Assembly: GCA_036229005.1 (NCBI GenBank)
Contig: JAZAMN010000016.1
Location: 92,371-156,370 of the forward strand
Direction of reading: 5' to 3'
Origin: Myxococcota bacterium
GTDB taxonomy: Bacteria; Myxococcota_A; UBA796; CAJQPC01
DNA: 64,000 bases
How positions within the stretch are numbered: position 1 is the stretch's first letter; each line of letters starts with the position of its first letter. The notes under the pieces are model-generated. The model was not told the DNA's origin, did not search any database, and saw nothing but the letters and a program-made list of their open reading frames with translations. Both the position numbers and the translations under genes were made by a program. Below, piece by piece: positions 9,152 through 19,191 of the stretch.

Positions 9152-10684
9152 TCAAGGAGAGTCGCTCCCCGGCCCCGGATCGGCCCCCCCGCAGCGGGCG
9201 TAGACGGCCACCCGCTCGTAGGGCTCGTCCGAGAATCCCCAGGGCGCGTAGGTCTCCACCAGGGGATCCGCGTGCACCAGGAAGGCGTGCAGGTTCGCCC
9301 CGGCCAGCGCGCCGTGGGTACGGGGCCCCGGCCAGCGATCCGGGAACTCCGCGCTGCGCTCCAGAGTCAGGCACACGCTGGGATCCGGCTCCTGGGGCCA
9401 AGGCGCCTCCGCGACCGCCAGGCGCGCCAGCGGCACCCCGTCATCCTCCAGCGGCGTCCACCCCTGGGCCTCCATGTGGTGCTGCCAGCCCCAGTGCCCC
9501 GCCACCGAGCCCGGCCCCGGGCCCACCCACAGCGCGGCCGCCTGCTGGGCCTGCGCCAGCTTGAGGTCGTCCACGCTCAGCAGCAGCGCCAGCAACGCCT
9601 GGGCCCCGACCATCGCCCCGAGCAGCCGCCGGGAGGGGCGCTGGCGCAGGATGGCCAGCGCGGGCGCCGCCAGGAAGGGGAGCCAGTAGCGGGTGGCCGA
9701 GAAGCGCAGGGCCAGCAGGAAGAGCAGCCCCCCGAGCCCCCAGGCCAGCAGCAGCCGGTCCTGCGGGGTGCGCGCCCGGAGCAGCCCCAGCGAGGCGCCC
9801 CCCGAGGCCGCACAGGCCACCGTCATCAGCGCCGGCAGCCCGCTCTGACCCGACAGGAGCACCCCCGCCACGCCCAGAGCCGCGCCCGCCAGGGCCCCCC
9901 AGATCCCGCGCCGCCCCACCGCCAGCGGCAGCAGCCCGGCCCCGCCCAGCATCGCGACGGAGGCGATCGCCTTGCGCAGCAGCTCCCGGGGGGTGTTGGA
10001 GACGGACTGGAAGCTGCCCATCGCCAGCAGGTGCACCTCTCCGTACGCGTGGAGGTCATGCAGCACCAGCGCACTGATCGGCACCAGCGAGGTCAGGCTG
10101 TCCCAGAGCCGCCCCCGCTGCCACCCGGCGAGCACGATCAGGGGGATCAGGGCCAGCCCGGAGTAGCGGAAGAGCGCGGCGCAGCCCAGCAGCAGGGCGA
10201 AGGCCCAGGACCAGCGCCGGGGGAGCCCCACAAAGCCCCCCAGACCGCCCAGGACGCATGCGGCCAGGGGCAGGTCCGGGGTGAGCGCCTGGGCGGCCAG
10301 GACGAGCACTGGAGAGCTCCCCAGGACCAACACCGCCCCCAGGCCGTCGCCGGCCAGCTCCCGCCCCAGCCTCCAGGCCCCCCACAGCGCCAGGGCCAGC
10401 CAGGGCAGCAGGCTCAGGTGCTGGGCCCACACCGGCGCGTCCGCCACCGGGGCGAGCAGCCAGCCGATCCCCGGCGGGTTGGACAGCACCTCGAACGCCG
10501 GCTGCAGGTGGCCCTGCCAGTTGATGGGGACCGCGTGGGGCCGCCACGCGTCCAGGCGGGCTCCCTGGGCCAGGGCCAGGAAGTTCGCGTCGTCCACGTG
10601 CACCGGCTTGCCCAGGAAGGGGAGCACCAGGCCAAAGGACAGCAGCGCCGCCAGCAGGGGCGCGGATCGCGGCGCGGATCTCAC
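9152..10684 (-). CDS. Polytopic membrane glycosyltransferase (GT-C / ArnT-PMT-like)
   Basis: PVHVDDANF after the first TM helix, SNPPG, LTPDLP, many TM segments; GTG 10684 with TACCAT 6 nt upstream. Confidence 0.7.
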   Translation of the reverse strand: MRSAPRSAPLLAALLSFGLVLPFLGKPVHVDDANFLALAQGARLDAWRPHAVPINWQGHLQPAFEVLSNPPGIGWLLAPVADAPVWAQHLSLLPWLALALWGAWRLGRELAGDGLGAVLVLGSSPVLVLAAQALTPDLPLAACVLGGLGGFVGLPRRWSWAFALLLGCAALFRYSGLALIPLIVLAGWQRGRLWDSLTSLVPISALVLHDLHAYGEVHLLAMGSFQSVSNTPRELLRKAIASVAMLGGAGLLPLAVGRRGIWGALAGAALGVAGVLLSGQSGLPALMTVACAASGGASLGLLRARTPQDRLLLAWGLGGLLFLLALRFSATRYWLPFLAAPALAILRQRPSRRLLGAMVGAQALLALLLSVDDLKLAQAQQAAALWVGPGPGSVAGHWGWQHHMEAQGWTPLEDDGVPLARLAVAEAPWPQEPDPSVCLTLERSAEFPDRWPGPRTHGALAGANLHAFLVHADPLVETYAPWGFSDEPYERVAVYARCGGADPGPGSDSP

Positions 10685-10813
10685 GGCCCGATGGTAGCCT
10701 GGACCGGCCCCGGCGCACTTTTTTGGAACCCCGGGTGCAAGCGCCCTGTCCAAGGGGGCGTTGCCCCCTTGAGGGTCTACGGCGACCCGATCTCCCCCAC
10801 CTGGACGCTCCCC

Positions 10814-11557
10814 ATGCTGCTGCTCCTGTCCCTCGCCTGCGCCACCCGAGATCTCCGCCCCGTGGACGCGCTGGACTGGGACCTGCACCCGGAGCTGCCC
10901 CAGGGCACCATCACCGTGGCCCCCGTCATCGTCGTGGCCGAGGCCCCCCAGGTGAAGCTCACCGACGGCGTGGGGGAGACCCTGGATCCCTGGCTGGCCC
11001 AGGGCCGCTTCGAGCGCACCGCGGAGCTGGCCGAGCTGCCCTACGCCTTCCGCAACCAGGTGCCCATCGCCCTGCACCAGGCGCTGCCTCCCGCCTGGGA
11101 GGGCCACTTCCGCGAGGGCCGCCTGGCGGTCCCCCAGCAGCTCCAGATCGCCAACGCCATCCAAGACCCGCTGCTCTCGCAGTCCCAGGCCATGGGCCTG
11201 GCCGCCCAGAGCATGGAGGGCGAGGCCACCCTGTTCACCTGGGTGGTGGAGGCCGAGGGCTCCCCCCTGACCGACCAGTACATGGTCGGCGAGCTGGTCT
11301 GGACCGAGGGCGTGCCCGTCATGGTCGACCACCGCAGCGAGCCCTACCAGGTCCACGCCGAGCTGGGCATCGCCCTGGTCGACAAGCACGGCCAGGTGCT
11401 CTTCCGCTACCAGGGCGACTACGGGGGCATCCTCTCCGCCGAGCACGGCCTGCGCGACCTCTCCCGCGAGCTGGCGGAGGCCGCCGTGGCCGACATCGCC
11501 CCCCACTGGCTGGCCGAGCCCATCACCGAGCAGTTCCAGGCCGTCGCCCGCTGGTAG
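10814..11557 (+). CDS. Putative lipoprotein
   Basis: MLLLLSLAC lipobox; native codon usage; function not recognised. Confidence 0.7.
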   Translation: MLLLLSLACATRDLRPVDALDWDLHPELPQGTITVAPVIVVAEAPQVKLTDGVGETLDPWLAQGRFERTAELAELPYAFRNQVPIALHQALPPAWEGHFREGRLAVPQQLQIANAIQDPLLSQSQAMGLAAQSMEGEATLFTWVVEAEGSPLTDQYMVGELVWTEGVPVMVDHRSEPYQVHAELGIALVDKHGQVLFRYQGDYGGILSAEHGLRDLSRELAEAAVADIAPHWLAEPITEQFQAVARW

Positions 11558-11609
11558 GGCGTCCAGCGCCCCAGATCGGGTTAGCAGGCCCGCCGCTCTG
11601 GACCTCAAC

Positions 11610-13478
11610 ATGTTCGACCTCATCGTCGTCGGCGCCGGCCACGCTGGCTGTGAAGCCGCCTCCGCAGCAGCCCGCATGGGCGCCTCCGTGGCCCTGCTCA
11701 CCTTCAAGCGGGAGCAGATCGCCCGCCTGAGCTGCAACCCCGCCATCGGCGGGCTGGCCAAGGGCTGCCTGGTGCGCGAGCTGGACGCCCTGGGGGGCTG
11801 GATGGGCCAGGTCGCCGACGCCACGACCATCCAGTTCCGCCGCCTGAACACCCGCAAGGGCCTCGCCGTACAGAGCAGCCGCGCGCAGGTGGACACCCAC
11901 GCCTATCCCCGAGAGATGACCCGCCGCCTGGACGCGCTCCCCAGCCTCTCCATCCTCGAGGCCGAGGTCACGGGGCTGCTCCGCGAAGGGGGAGCCATCT
12001 CCGGCGTGCGCCTCAAGGACGGCCGTACCCTGCTGGCCCCCAAGGTCCTGCTCACCACCGGCACCTTCCTGGGCGCGCTGATGCACCGCGGCACCCAGGC
12101 CACCCAGGGTGGCCGCATCGGCGAAGACTCCGCCGAGGACCTGGCCCGCGAGCTCAAGGACGCCGGCCTGCGCCTGCTGCGCCTCAAGACCGGGACGCCC
12201 CCGCGCCTGCGCCGCGACAGCATCGACTGGTCCAAGACGGAGGTCCAGGAGACTGTGGTGGGTCGGCTCTCCCACACGCCCGTCCCCAACCCTCTGGCTC
12301 CCGTGACCTGCACCCTCACCTGGACCTCTGAGTCCACCCACGAGGTCATCCGGGAGCGCTTGCACGAGTCCGCGATGTTCAGCGGTGCCATCACCGGCAC
12401 CGGGGCCCGCTACTGCCCCTCCATCGAAGACAAGGTGCACCGCTTCCCTCATCGGGACCGCCACCAGCTCTTCCTGGAGCCCGAGGGCCACGAGACCGAC
12501 CGCGTGTATGTGAGCGGGCTGAGCACCTCCCTGCCCGAAGAGACCCAGGCGGCGCTGCTTCGCACAGTTCCGGGGCTGGAGGACGCGGAGATCCTCCAGT
12601 ACGGCTACGCCGTGGAGTACGAGGCCGCCGACCCCCGGGACCTGGGCCCCGACCTGCAACACAGACACATCCCCGGCCTCTACCTGGCCGGGCAGGTCAA
12701 CGGCACCTCGGGCTACGAGGAGGCGGCAGTGCAGGGCTTCGTGGCCGGAGTGAGCGCCGCCCAGGACCGGCCCTTTGTGTTGGGTCGCCACCAGGCCTAC
12801 ATCGGCGTGCTGATCGACGACCTGACCACCCGCGGGGTGGGCGGGGAGCCCTACCGGATGTTCTCCTCCCGGGCCGAACACAGACTCCTGCTGCGAGAGG
12901 ACAACGCCGACCTCCGGCTGCGCGAGATCGGCCGCGAGATCGGCCTCGTGGACGACTCGGACTGGTCCGTGTTCCAGGGCAAAGTGGCCGCCATCGCCCA
13001 GGCCAAGGCCGCGCTGGCGGCCCTGAACGTGGCCCCCAGCCGTCACACCCAGCAGCGCCTCGCCGATGCCGGCCTCCCCCCATTGAAGCGTCAGAAGACC
13101 GGTGAGGAGCTCCTGCGGCGCAAGGAGATCTCCTACGCGGCCCTCCAGCCTCTCTTCCCCTCCCTCCCCGAGCTGGACCCGGAGACCGCCGCGCAGGTGG
13201 AGACCGACATCCGCTACGCCGGGTACATCGAGCGCGAGGCCTGGCGGGCCCGGCAAGCCGCCAAGCTGCACGAGCTCCCCCTGGAGGGCCTGGACTTCAC
13301 ACAGATTCCGGGCTTGCGGCAGGAGGTCATCGAGCGCCTGCAGACCGCGCGCCCTGCCAACCTGGCCTCCGCAGCCCGCCTCCCGGGCATCCCCCCGGCC
13401 GCCATCTCCGTGCTGGCGGTGTACCTGCGGCGCGCCCACGCCAAGACCCAGACCTCCAACGACAAGGTGCCCCGATGA
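11610..13478 (+). CDS. mnmG: tRNA uridine-5-carboxymethylaminomethyl(34) synthesis enzyme MnmG (GidA)
   Basis: VVGAGHAGCEAA, SCNPAIGG, RLKTGTPPR, RYCPSIEDK, AGQVNGTSGYEEAA, YRMFSSRAEHRL. Confidence 0.98.
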   Translation: MFDLIVVGAGHAGCEAASAAARMGASVALLTFKREQIARLSCNPAIGGLAKGCLVRELDALGGWMGQVADATTIQFRRLNTRKGLAVQSSRAQVDTHAYPREMTRRLDALPSLSILEAEVTGLLREGGAISGVRLKDGRTLLAPKVLLTTGTFLGALMHRGTQATQGGRIGEDSAEDLARELKDAGLRLLRLKTGTPPRLRRDSIDWSKTEVQETVVGRLSHTPVPNPLAPVTCTLTWTSESTHEVIRERLHESAMFSGAITGTGARYCPSIEDKVHRFPHRDRHQLFLEPEGHETDRVYVSGLSTSLPEETQAALLRTVPGLEDAEILQYGYAVEYEAADPRDLGPDLQHRHIPGLYLAGQVNGTSGYEEAAVQGFVAGVSAAQDRPFVLGRHQAYIGVLIDDLTTRGVGGEPYRMFSSRAEHRLLLREDNADLRLREIGREIGLVDDSDWSVFQGKVAAIAQAKAALAALNVAPSRHTQQRLADAGLPPLKRQKTGEELLRRKEISYAALQPLFPSLPELDPETAAQVETDIRYAGYIEREAWRARQAAKLHELPLEGLDFTQIPGLRQEVIERLQTARPANLASAARLPGIPPAAISVLAVYLRRAHAKTQTSNDKVPR

Positions 13479-14008
13479 CCCCTGGCGAGACACACCACCT
13501 GGAGCTGCTGCGCAAGTGGCGCAAGGCCATGGATCTGGTGGGGCCCGGCCCCCTGGAGCCCCACTTCCAGGACGCGCGGCGGGCGATGCAGGCGCTCCCC
13601 ACCCAGGACGGCGAGCTGTGGGCCGACCTGGGCTCGGGGGCGGGCTTTCCGGGCGTGGCCCTGGCGGCGCTGCACCCCACTGTGCGCGTGCAGCTCGTGG
13701 AGTCCCGGGAGCGGCGCACCGTGTTCCTGCGGCAGGTGGCCCGGAAGCTGCCCAACGCAGAGGTGCTGCACCAGCGCAGCGAGGACCTGCCCGACGGCGC
13801 CTTCCAGGGCGTGGTCTCCCGCGCCTACAAGGGCCCGGAGGGGGTGTTCGAGGACGCCCGGCGCCTGCTGGTCTCCGGCGGAAAGGTCGCCTTGATGCGG
13901 GCCGAAGAGGACGTGGAGCCTCCCGCCGACTTCGAGATGTTCCACGTGGAACACTACCGCCTGGACGACGGGCGCACGCGCGCGCTGGTGGTCTGCAGGA
14001 AGCGCTGA
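13475..14008 (+). CDS. rsmG: 16S rRNA m7G527 methyltransferase RsmG (GidB)
   Basis: DLGSGAGFPG SAM motif, VESRERR, VVSRA; lies between mnmG and parA. Confidence 0.92.
   Translation: MTPGETHHLELLRKWRKAMDLVGPGPLEPHFQDARRAMQALPTQDGELWADLGSGAGFPGVALAALHPTVRVQLVESRERRTVFLRQVARKLPNAEVLHQRSEDLPDGAFQGVVSRAYKGPEGVFEDARRLLVSGGKVALMRAEEDVEPPADFEMFHVEHYRLDDGRTRALVVCRKR
13938..13953. promoter_or_regulatory. parS: parS site inside rsmG
   Basis: Perfect TGTTCCACGTGGAACA, read as MFHVEH in the coding frame. Confidence 0.9.
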
Positions 14009-14054
14009 GCGCGCCTGGAGGCTGGGGGGAGGGGGCCGGGGAACCCCCCAAGGA

Positions 14055-14070
14055 TGTTCCACGTGGAACA
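14055..14070. promoter_or_regulatory. parS: parS site upstream of parA
   Basis: Perfect TGTTCCACGTGGAACA in the rsmG-parA intergenic region. Confidence 0.93.
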
Positions 14071-14166
14071 TTCTCTCTTGCGTCGTCAACAGCTCAGCAC
14101 TATGGTTCGGGAACCTCCCGAGGTCCATCCCCGGACCTCCTCCTCCCTCCTACAGTGGGGTGCTCC

Positions 14167-14958
14167 GTGCCTCAGATCATCGCTGTCTCCAACCAGAAGG
14201 GTGGCGTCGGCAAGACCACGACCACCATCAACCTGGCCGCCGCCCTGGCCCACAACGGCTACCGCACCCTGGTGGTGGACCTGGACCCGCAGGGCAACGC
14301 GACCTCCGGCCTGGGCAACGACCCGCGGGAGATCGTGCACGGCATCTACGACCTGATGCTGGGCGACGTCGGCTTCGAAGACGCGGTGCTGGACACCGGC
14401 ATGGAGCTCCTGGAGCTGCTGCCCGCAGACCCCAAGCTGGTGGGCGCAGAGGTCGAGCTGACCACCGCCCTGGCGCGGGAGACCAAGCTGGCCCGCGCGC
14501 TGGAGCAGGTCCCGGCCGACGTGGACTTCATCCTCATGGACTGTCCGCCTTCGCTGGGCTTTTTGACGATCAACGCCCTCACCGCGGCGGACTCCGTGCT
14601 CATCCCTGTGCAGGCTGAGTACTACGCCCTGGAGGGCCTGGGACAGCTCCTGCGGACCATGTCCGAGGTGCAGCGCGCCCTGAACCCCCGCCTGGTGCGC
14701 GAGGGGCTGGTGCTCACCCTCCACGACCACCGCAACAACCTGTGCAAGGACGTGGAGGCCCAGCTCCGGCAGGTCTTCAAGGGCGAGGTCTTCGAGTCCG
14801 TCATCCCGCGCAACGTGCGCCTGGGCGAGGCCCCCTCCCACGGACTCCCCGTCATCGCCTACGCCCCCACCTGCCGCGGCGCCAAGGCCTACCTCAAGCT
14901 GGCTGACGAGCTCCTCGACGGCCACATCCTCCCTGAGCACTCCCAGGAGATCGCCTGA
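14167..14958 (+). CDS. parA: Chromosome partitioning ATPase ParA/Soj
   Basis: NQKGGVGKTTT deviant Walker A, DLDPQGNAT, DCPPSLG, IPRNVRLGEAPSHG; GTG start. Confidence 0.97.
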   Translation: MPQIIAVSNQKGGVGKTTTTINLAAALAHNGYRTLVVDLDPQGNATSGLGNDPREIVHGIYDLMLGDVGFEDAVLDTGMELLELLPADPKLVGAEVELTTALARETKLARALEQVPADVDFILMDCPPSLGFLTINALTAADSVLIPVQAEYYALEGLGQLLRTMSEVQRALNPRLVREGLVLTLHDHRNNLCKDVEAQLRQVFKGEVFESVIPRNVRLGEAPSHGLPVIAYAPTCRGAKAYLKLADELLDGHILPEHSQEIA

Positions 14959-15842
14959 TGTCCCGTCGCCCCAGCCTCGGCCGCGGCCTCGCCGCCCTCA
15001 TCCCCGACGACGTCCTGGACAGCGCTCCCCAGAAGGCCCCTGGCAACAAGGTCCTGGAGCTGCCCCTGGGCGAGATCACGCCCAACCCCGAGCAGCCCCG
15101 CTCCCACTTTGACGAGCAGCGCCTCAAGGAGCTCGCCGCCTCCATCTCCGAGCACGGCGTCCTGCAGCCCCTGCTGGTGCGCAGCCAGCCCGGCGGTGGC
15201 TACATCCTCATCGCCGGTGAGCGTCGCCTCCGGGCGGCCGGCCTGGCGGGCCTGGAGAGCGTCCCTGCGTTGCTCCGAGAGGGCGCCGACCACGGCGACG
15301 TCCAGCTCGAGCTGGCCCTGGTCGAGAACCTCCAGCGTCAGGACCTGGACCCCGTCGAGTCCGCCCGCGGCTACCACCGCCTCCAGCAGGACTACGGCTA
15401 CACCCAGGAGCAGATCGCCCTCAAGGTCGGCAAGGAGCGCGCCACCGTCGCCAACGCCCTCCGCCTGCTGCGGCTGCCCGACAAGATCCTGAACCTGGTG
15501 CGCGAGGGCCGCCTGAGCGCGGGCCACGCCAAGGCCCTGCTCCCCGTCGCCGACGACAACGAGGTGCTGCGCAGCATCGTCGCCCAGGTCCTGGCCAAGG
15601 ATCTCTCGGTGCGCGCCACCGAGGCGCTGGTGCGCGGCCGCCGCAAGGTCAAGCGCGACGCCGTGAAGAGCAAGCGCCACGACAAGGCCCTGCGCTACGT
15701 CTCCGACATCCTCTCCCGCTCCCTGTCCACCCAGGTGGACATCAAGCCCAAGGGGCGCGGGGAGGGCGGACGCATCCTGATCGATTATTCGTCCGCCGAA
15801 GAGCTGGAGCGTCTGATCGAGGTGCTCCGCAGCGGCGAGTGA
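14958..15842 (+). CDS. parB: Chromosome partitioning protein ParB/Spo0J
   Basis: LGRGLAALI, NPEQPR, IAGERRLRA, ALVENLQR, HTH ERATVANALRLL. Confidence 0.97.
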   Translation: MSRRPSLGRGLAALIPDDVLDSAPQKAPGNKVLELPLGEITPNPEQPRSHFDEQRLKELAASISEHGVLQPLLVRSQPGGGYILIAGERRLRAAGLAGLESVPALLREGADHGDVQLELALVENLQRQDLDPVESARGYHRLQQDYGYTQEQIALKVGKERATVANALRLLRLPDKILNLVREGRLSAGHAKALLPVADDNEVLRSIVAQVLAKDLSVRATEALVRGRRKVKRDAVKSKRHDKALRYVSDILSRSLSTQVDIKPKGRGEGGRILIDYSSAEELERLIEVLRSGE

Positions 15843-15865
15843 GCCGCGCAGACCAGCGAGCACCC

Positions 15866-16597
15866 ATGGACCTTGATGACATCCTGATCGTCGGCATCGC
15901 CGGCGGCACCGCCTCGGGCAAGACCACCATCGCCAAGCGCATCGCCCAGGCCCTGGGGCCCGAGCGCTGCCTGCTGCTCTCCCACGACCGCTACTACTAC
16001 GACGTCGCGGAGCCCGAGCTCTACAACTACGACCACCCGGACGCGCTGGAGACGGCGCTGCTGGTGGAGAACCTGCGCAGCCTGCGGGCTGGGGACCAGG
16101 CCGGCCTGCCGGACTACGACTTCCCCACCCACACCCGGCGCCCGGAGCCCGACTGGGTGCACCCGCGCCCTCTGGTGCTGGTGGAGGGCATCCTGGTCCT
16201 GGAGGACGCCGACCTGCGCTCCCAGATGGACCTCAAGGTCTGGGTGGACTGCCCCGACGACCTGCGCCTGGCCCGCCGCATCCGCCGCGACGTGAGCGAC
16301 CGGGGCCGCAACCTGGACGGCGTCCTGCGCCGCTGGCTGAGCACCGTGCGCCCCATGCACCAGCGCTTCGTGGCCCCCTCCCGCAGCTTCGCGGACCTGG
16401 AGCTGGTCGGCGTCGGCCTCATCGAGCCCCTGGTCCAGTCGGTCCTCTCCGCCGTGGAGCGCGTCCGCTATGACCGGGCCCAGGTCAGGGACGAGGAGGA
16501 AACCGGGGACTGGTCCGATCCCGTCACCACCTACTCGGGCGTGATGGCCCAGGTGCCTGAGCTGGACTCTGCAGACGGCGAGGACACCCTCAAGTAG
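15866..16597 (+). CDS. udk: Uridine kinase
   Basis: VGIAGGTASGKTT, DRYY, NYDHPDA, VEGIL, RRIRRDVSDRGR. Alternative GTG start at 15839. Confidence 0.92.
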   Translation: MDLDDILIVGIAGGTASGKTTIAKRIAQALGPERCLLLSHDRYYYDVAEPELYNYDHPDALETALLVENLRSLRAGDQAGLPDYDFPTHTRRPEPDWVHPRPLVLVEGILVLEDADLRSQMDLKVWVDCPDDLRLARRIRRDVSDRGRNLDGVLRRWLSTVRPMHQRFVAPSRSFADLELVGVGLIEPLVQSVLSAVERVRYDRAQVRDEEETGDWSDPVTTYSGVMAQVPELDSADGEDTLK

Positions 16598-16627
16598 ACG
16601 GCCTGCGGCCCTCTCGGCGGCCGGGCG

Positions 16628-17308
16628 TCACCCTCCGCCGTAGCGCCGCTTGACCTCGGTCTCCTGGCCCCCCTGGACGTCCAGGCGCAGGGGCCAGGTC
16701 ACCTCGTCTTCCCCATCGGTGACGATGATCCGGGCGTCGTAGCTGCCGCCCGCGGCCTGCTGGCTGCCCTGGTAGATCAGGCGGCCGCTGCGGGGGTTGA
16801 CGGCCAGCCCAGGCGGCCCGTCCTCCACGCGCCACTCCAGGGTGTCGCCGTCCGCGTCGCGGGCGGCCACGACGAAGCCATCCACCTTGGTGAACTGCGC
16901 GCGGGTCACGGTGAACTCCGGCGGGCTGTTCTCGACCTTGAGGGGGCTGGAGCTCAGGGTCTCCCGCTCGCTGCCCGAGCTGAGCTCGACCTGGGCCTGG
17001 ACGCTGTCCCCCTTCTTGAACCAGATGGGGTCCAGGGAGCGGTTGGTGCCCCCCGCGGAGGGCGCGCCGTTGACCAGCCAGGTCACGGAGACGATGTCGC
17101 CGTCGACCTCCAGCGCGATGGGGCCCGCCTTGGTCGCCGGGCCCACCAACCGCACCGAGCCCTCGACCTTGCGGCCGCGGCGCTCGCGCACTGGGGCCGC
17201 AGCGACCTCGTGGTTGCCCACGAAGATGGCGGTGTCCATGGTGTTGGCGGCCGTCGGCAGGGGCGGCGGCGCGTCGGGGTAGTTGCAGGCCAGCAGGAGC
17301 AAGAGCAT
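16628..17308 (-). CDS. Lipoprotein with Ig-like domains
   Basis: MLLLLLAC lipobox; NSPPEF, ARDADGDTLEW, GPPGLAV, VTDGEDE typical of He_PIG/cadherin-like repeats. Confidence 0.75.
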   Translation of the reverse strand: MLLLLLACNYPDAPPPLPTAANTMDTAIFVGNHEVAAAPVRERRGRKVEGSVRLVGPATKAGPIALEVDGDIVSVTWLVNGAPSAGGTNRSLDPIWFKKGDSVQAQVELSSGSERETLSSSPLKVENSPPEFTVTRAQFTKVDGFVVAARDADGDTLEWRVEDGPPGLAVNPRSGRLIYQGSQQAAGGSYDARIIVTDGEDEVTWPLRLDVQGGQETEVKRRYGGG

Positions 17309-17335
17309 CGCCGCCAAGTCTACACCCCGCGGTCC

Positions 17336-18187
17336 TCAGCGCGTCTCGGCCAGGGTCTCACGTCCCAGGGTGCGCAGCATGGTCACGGACACGCCCTCAA
17401 GCCCACAGCCACGCAGCGCGCGGCGGAAGCCCGTCTCGTTGAGCAGCGCAGGGGTCCACGACGCACCATCGTCCGCCAGGTCGATCACCGTCTCGGCGAC
17501 GCGCACCACGCAGGCCAGGCGCCCCAGCTCCCCCTCCAGCGCCAGGCTGTGGTGGGCAATCAGGACCTCGCGGATGGACTCAGGCAGCTTCCAGGTGCGC
17601 GCCAGCAGCCCGCTGGCGTCCGCGTGCAGCTCCTCCAGCACCGCCAGGCTCCCTTCGGCGTCCAGGTTCAGGCTGCGGTCCGAGATGATGCCCAGCACCG
17701 CGGGCTTGCCCACGTCGGCCAGCAGCCCCGCCAGGAATGCCTCCTCGGGGTCCACGCCGGTCTCCGGCATGCGGGCCAGCTCCCGGCTCATGTGCCCCAT
17801 CGCCACGCAGCGCTTCTGGATGCCCGCGGCCAGCTTGCCCCAGCGGCCCGGAGGGAAGGGGATGGCACGCACCGCCGCCTCCATGACCACCGCCCGCATG
17901 CCGCGCATGCCCAGCCGAGACAGCGCCTCGCGCACGGTCCGGGGCTCCCAGCGGCGCGCATAGATCGGCGACTGGGCCACCTTGAGCACCGCGGCCGCCA
18001 GGATCGGGTCCTGCTCCAGCACCCGGCTCAGCTTGGGCAGGGTCACGTTGGTCTGCCGGGAGAGCCGCATCACGTCCAGCGCCACCCGCGGCAGCATCGG
18101 CGGCTGATAGTCCGGCTCCCGCAGCGCGGCGCGCAGCTCCAACAGGGTCTCAGCCATGACCTCGCGCTGAGCGTAGGCTACCGCCAT
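17336..18187 (-). CDS. HDOD domain protein
   Basis: PPMLPRVA, QDPILAAAVLKVAQS, AFLAGLLADVGK, WKLP; AGGAG upstream of ATG. Confidence 0.9.
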   Translation of the reverse strand: MAVAYAQREVMAETLLELRAALREPDYQPPMLPRVALDVMRLSRQTNVTLPKLSRVLEQDPILAAAVLKVAQSPIYARRWEPRTVREALSRLGMRGMRAVVMEAAVRAIPFPPGRWGKLAAGIQKRCVAMGHMSRELARMPETGVDPEEAFLAGLLADVGKPAVLGIISDRSLNLDAEGSLAVLEELHADASGLLARTWKLPESIREVLIAHHSLALEGELGRLACVVRVAETVIDLADDGASWTPALLNETGFRRALRGCGLEGVSVTMLRTLGRETLAETR

Positions 18188-18246
18188 GCTGCACACTCCT
18201 CGTTCTGCTACCGGGATCGGTACGCAGTCCTGGAACTTGAGCCCCC

Positions 18247-19182
18247 ATGCCCACCTCCCCGCTGACCCTGCTCGACCGCCGCGTCCCCCTCTGCAGCGCC
18301 CCCTCGCCCGTCCGCCCCCTCCAGGCGCTCCGGGCCGGCCTCTGGCTCAAGGACGACGGCCACCTCCACCCCCTCTACGGCGGCAACAAGGTGCGCAAGC
18401 TGGAGTTCCTGCTCCACCAGGTCCCGGACACCCTGTGGACCGTCGGCGCCTCTGGCAGCAACCACGTCCTGGCCACCGTGCTGCACGCCCAGGCCCTGGG
18501 CATCCAGGTGCACGCCTTGGCCGTCCCCCGTCCCCGGGCCCCCCTCCCGGAGCTCTCCCTGCGCATCACCCTGGACCGCGCCGCCTCCGTCACCCTGCAC
18601 CGCGATCTCACCAGCGTGCGCAACGCCCTGAGCGCCGTGGACCCCAAGGCCATCGTCCCCGCCGGTGGCAGCTCCCGCTGGGGCAGCCTGGGCTTCGTGC
18701 GGGCGGGCCTGGAGCTGGGGGAGCAGGTCAGAGAGGGGCTGCTCCCCGAACCCCGCTTCATCTTCATCCCTCTGGGCACGGCGGGCTCCGCCCTCGGCCT
18801 CGCCCTGGGCTGCTCTCTGGCCGGTCTGTCCAGCGAGGTCATCGGGGTGCGCGTCGTCCCCACCCACTGGCTCCCCCAGAAGCGCATCCGCCGCCTGGCC
18901 AGCGAGCTGGGCGGCCTGCTGGGGGTGGATCCCCCACAGATCCGCGTGGTCGACGCCCGCCTGGGCCCCGGCTACGGCCTCCCCGGGCCCGGCAGCCTGG
19001 AGGCCCTGGGCATGGCACACAGACAGGGCCTGCTCATCGAGGGGACCTATGGCGCCAAGACCCTGGCCGAGGCCCTGGCGCACGACGGGGGGCCCGACCT
19101 CTTCTGGAGCACCTTGAACCAGCGGCCCCTGCTCCCCTTGGTGCCGGGCAGCCCCCAGGTGGGCGAGGGCTGGTTCCTCTGA
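18247..19182 (+). CDS. PLP-dependent D-cysteine desulfhydrase / ACC deaminase family
   Basis: LWLKDDG, YGGNKVRKLEF, GSNH, GTAGS, EGTYGAK. Confidence 0.88.
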   Translation: MPTSPLTLLDRRVPLCSAPSPVRPLQALRAGLWLKDDGHLHPLYGGNKVRKLEFLLHQVPDTLWTVGASGSNHVLATVLHAQALGIQVHALAVPRPRAPLPELSLRITLDRAASVTLHRDLTSVRNALSAVDPKAIVPAGGSSRWGSLGFVRAGLELGEQVREGLLPEPRFIFIPLGTAGSALGLALGCSLAGLSSEVIGVRVVPTHWLPQKRIRRLASELGGLLGVDPPQIRVVDARLGPGYGLPGPGSLEALGMAHRQGLLIEGTYGAKTLAEALAHDGGPDLFWSTLNQRPLLPLVPGSPQVGEGWFL

Positions 19183-19191
19183 GCCCGGCGC

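Noticed and set aside
14009..14166. oriC in the rsmG-parA gap
   Set aside because: No DnaA-box cluster or AT-rich unwinding element was seen.
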